Assembly (NCBI GenBank): GCA_965200395.1
Contig: CBDAUH010000002.1
Coordinates: forward strand, 77,246-141,245
Length of the DNA stretch: 64,000 nucleotides
Source: Candidatus Poribacteria bacterium
GTDB taxonomy: Bacteria; Poribacteria; WGA-4E; WGA-3G
Direction: 5' to 3'
In this document: positions 61,884 to 64,000 of the stretch, in pieces
How positions within the stretch are numbered: the stretch's first letter is position 1
How the letters are laid out: the number at the start of each line of letters is the position of its first letter
The notes under the pieces: model-generated
Databases searched by the model: none
Told to the model about the DNA's origin: nothing
Seen by the model: the letters and a program-made list of their open reading frames with translations, nothing else
Program-made: the position numbers and the translations under genes

Positions 61884-62774
61884 TTATGACACAAAGCCCC
61901 CCATACGAAATATTCTCAGGATAAGTTCTTCAAAAGGTGCTTTTGTCATCGTCCGCACAAGGCTAATCTCACGTTGCCTACAATACCGATCAAGGTCATC
62001 ACAGTATTTTTGGAAAAGAGCCTGGTAACGTTTAATGTGATTTTCGTTGATGGTGACAGGCCGGAGTTGATTAGTTTCAACGTCAACAAGATGATAGTCA
62101 CCGAGGAGACTCGGTTCAGCCTCCTTCTCATCAATAATATGTATGACGAAAAGGTCATGCTTCTGAAACTTTAGCATATTCAGACCAGCAGCGAACCCTT
62201 TCGGGTCAAATAGATCGGATATCAACACAACCAATCCACGTCGTTTTGTTTGATGTACAAAATTCTGGAATGCATGTTCCATATCCGTCTCTCCACTACC
62301 GTTGATCTGATCCAGGAAATTCAGGACAGTAAAGATTTTCGCCTTACCACGTTCTGTAGGCAACCGATTCATGTCGATTGTGTTAAATGCTGTGATCCCG
62401 ATACGATCAAGGTTTGAAAGACCGATATAAGCTAAGGCAGCAGCTACTCGCTTGGCATATATCAGTTTTGGTAATTCTCCGTAAGTCATGGATTGACTCA
62501 CATCTACGAGGAAGTAGATATGCAGGTCTTCACGTTCTTCATAGAGTTTTAACAAAAGTTCGTCTAACCTTGCAAACGCATTCCAATCTATATATCGAAA
62601 ATCGTCTCCAGCAGTGTAGTTTCGATAATCTGCAAACTCTACACTTACCCCACGGCGTGTACTACGTCGTTCTGCTTTAATTCGTCCAGCGAATATCTTT
62701 TTAGACACGATATAAAGATATTCCAACTTTTTCAGGAATTCGCTGTCAAATGCGGATTGTGTATCACTGTTCAT
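61884..62774 (-). CDS. DUF58 domain protein
   Basis: GVSVEFADYRNY.AGDDFRYIDWN, LVDVSQSM, VVLISDL, LVDVET. Confidence 0.92.
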   Translation of the reverse strand: MNSDTQSAFDSEFLKKLEYLYIVSKKIFAGRIKAERRSTRRGVSVEFADYRNYTAGDDFRYIDWNAFARLDELLLKLYEEREDLHIYFLVDVSQSMTYGELPKLIYAKRVAAALAYIGLSNLDRIGITAFNTIDMNRLPTERGKAKIFTVLNFLDQINGSGETDMEHAFQNFVHQTKRRGLVVLISDLFDPKGFAAGLNMLKFQKHDLFVIHIIDEKEAEPSLLGDYHLVDVETNQLRPVTINENHIKRYQALFQKYCDDLDRYCRQREISLVRTMTKAPFEELILRIFRMGGFVS

Positions 62775-62905
62775 AGCAAGACTCGGAGATTATCAATGAA
62801 AGATTATTTACGGTAGGTGGCTTTGCAAGCACGTTGACAGTTCAGACTTCTGTGGCGTGAAAATTGCGGTAGTTCTATTACTGAAAATATGAAAAAGACG
62901 CTACT

Positions 62906-63889
62906 TCAATCAATTACTTCTAAAAGATGTAGAATGATTTCGTCAGGGTCAATTCCTTCCGCTTCACCTTCAAAACTCAGTATGAGCCGATGACGTAAAC
63001 TCGGCAGTGCTACCGCTTGAATGTCTTCACGGGCAACGTTATAGCGACTGTCAAGAATTGCACGCACCTTACTTGCCAAAATCAGTGCTTGTGCGCCACG
63101 TGGACTTGAACCGTACCGAACATATTGTTTTGTCTTTTCCGGTGCATCATCAGTTTCGGGATGTGTTCCCAGAACAATCCGCAAGGCATATCTTCGTACA
63201 TCTTCTGCGACGAGAATGTCCCGCACAATCTGTTCCAACTCATTTATCTGCTTGCCATCACATACCTTATCCACAGCTGGCATTTCCCGTTTTGTAGTGC
63301 GTTCCATTACCATGTCCAACTCGTCAAGAGAGGGATATTGTACCTTCAACTTAAAAAAGAAGCGATCAAGTTGCGCTTCAGGCAGCGGATATGTGCCTTC
63401 CATTTCTAATGGGTTTTGGGTTGCCATCACAAAGAAAGGTAAATCAAGGGGGCGGGGTTGTCCTGCAACTGTAACTGACTTTTCCTGCATCGCCTCTAAC
63501 AAGGCAGACTGTGTTTTGGGAGTAGCACGGTTGATTTCGTCAGCAAGGACGAGATTAGCGAAGATCGGTCCAGGTTGGAATTCAAAAAACTTCTGTCTGT
63601 TCTCGTCTTCTGCAACAATAGTCGTTCCTATAATGTCTGCAGGCATTAAGTCAGGTGTGAACTGTATCCTTTGATATTCAAGTTCAAGTACTTCTTTGAG
63701 TGTACTGATGAGCAGCGTTTTTCCTAAACCGGGAACTCCTTCTAAGAGTGCATGTCCTCCCGTCATCAAGCATATCAGGACACCTTCTATTATCTCTTTT
63801 TGCCCCACGATCCGTTTTGAAATCTCTTCTTGTATTTTTAGAAATGTTTCACGAAATTCAACATGTCTTTGTTCTACTTGTTCGGACAT
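62906..63889 (-). CDS. moxR: MoxR-family AAA+ ATPase
   Basis: HALLEGVPGLGKT, RIQFTPDLMPADI, LADEINRATPKTQSALLEAMQE, ATQNPLEMEGTYPLPEAQLDRF, SPRG. Confidence 0.93.
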   Translation of the reverse strand: MSEQVEQRHVEFRETFLKIQEEISKRIVGQKEIIEGVLICLMTGGHALLEGVPGLGKTLLISTLKEVLELEYQRIQFTPDLMPADIIGTTIVAEDENRQKFFEFQPGPIFANLVLADEINRATPKTQSALLEAMQEKSVTVAGQPRPLDLPFFVMATQNPLEMEGTYPLPEAQLDRFFFKLKVQYPSLDELDMVMERTTKREMPAVDKVCDGKQINELEQIVRDILVAEDVRRYALRIVLGTHPETDDAPEKTKQYVRYGSSPRGAQALILASKVRAILDSRYNVAREDIQAVALPSLRHRLILSFEGEAEGIDPDEIILHLLEVID

Positions 63890-63920
63890 ATTTCACCTTA
63901 AGGTAATAGGCCATAGGCAT

Positions 63921-63959
63921 TAAATCACCGCAAAGATGGGACATCTCCGCGGTGATCTA
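63921..63959 (-). terminator. Stem-loop upstream of moxR (terminator or mRNA-stabilising hairpin)
   Basis: ATCACCGCAAAGATG-GGA-CATCTCCGCGGTGAT; weak U-tract only. Confidence 0.35.
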
Positions 63960-64000
63960 GCATGAATACTCAGCTTACTCTTCTGCAGGTTTAATTGATT

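Noticed and set aside
275-63923. Numerous antisense or overlapping ORFs in the track (e.g. 4990-5559, 12717-13448, 23369-23917, 53441-53983)
   Set aside because: Shadow frames of well-supported genes with no independent motifs
1-64000. tRNA, rRNA, riboswitch, prophage, retron or integron
   Set aside because: No recognisable structural RNA signatures, phage genes, reverse transcriptase or integrase seen by eye; an Infernal/Rfam scan would be needed to exclude small ncRNAs

Overview
Bacterial chromosomal window, roughly 40% GC by eye. The gene content (PhyH-HEAT fusion, AAA/PD-(D/E)XK proteins, sulfatase, pectate lyase, GTAG-type REPs) suggests Candidatus Poribacteria or a similar lineage; this is an inference. 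The centrepiece is a 17-kb type II secretion/pseudopilus-like cluster (gspE-F-G-H-I-J-K, PilM/N-like, PilO/GspM-like) with an unusual GspK carrying extra ComEA-like helix-hairpin-helix domains and an FG/Asn-rich linker. It ends in two tandem ~1000-aa elongated secretins whose 5' halves are almost identical, and it is divergent from an alternative sigma70 gene. It is followed by a Type ISP restriction-modification gene frameshifted at a G9 tract. Other content: hflKC, an E1-beta subunit, polysaccharide lyase-like genes, a TolC/adaptor/ABC-ATPase set with no permease, a beta-RFAP-synthase-like gene, nfuA, a MoxR-DUF58-vWA cluster, and a small GIY-YIG/Zn-finger islet. Mobile DNA is dense: six IS elements (three interrupt genes with clean target duplications), a decayed TnpB relic and two families of short palindromic repeats. 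No rRNA, tRNA or CRISPR array was seen.
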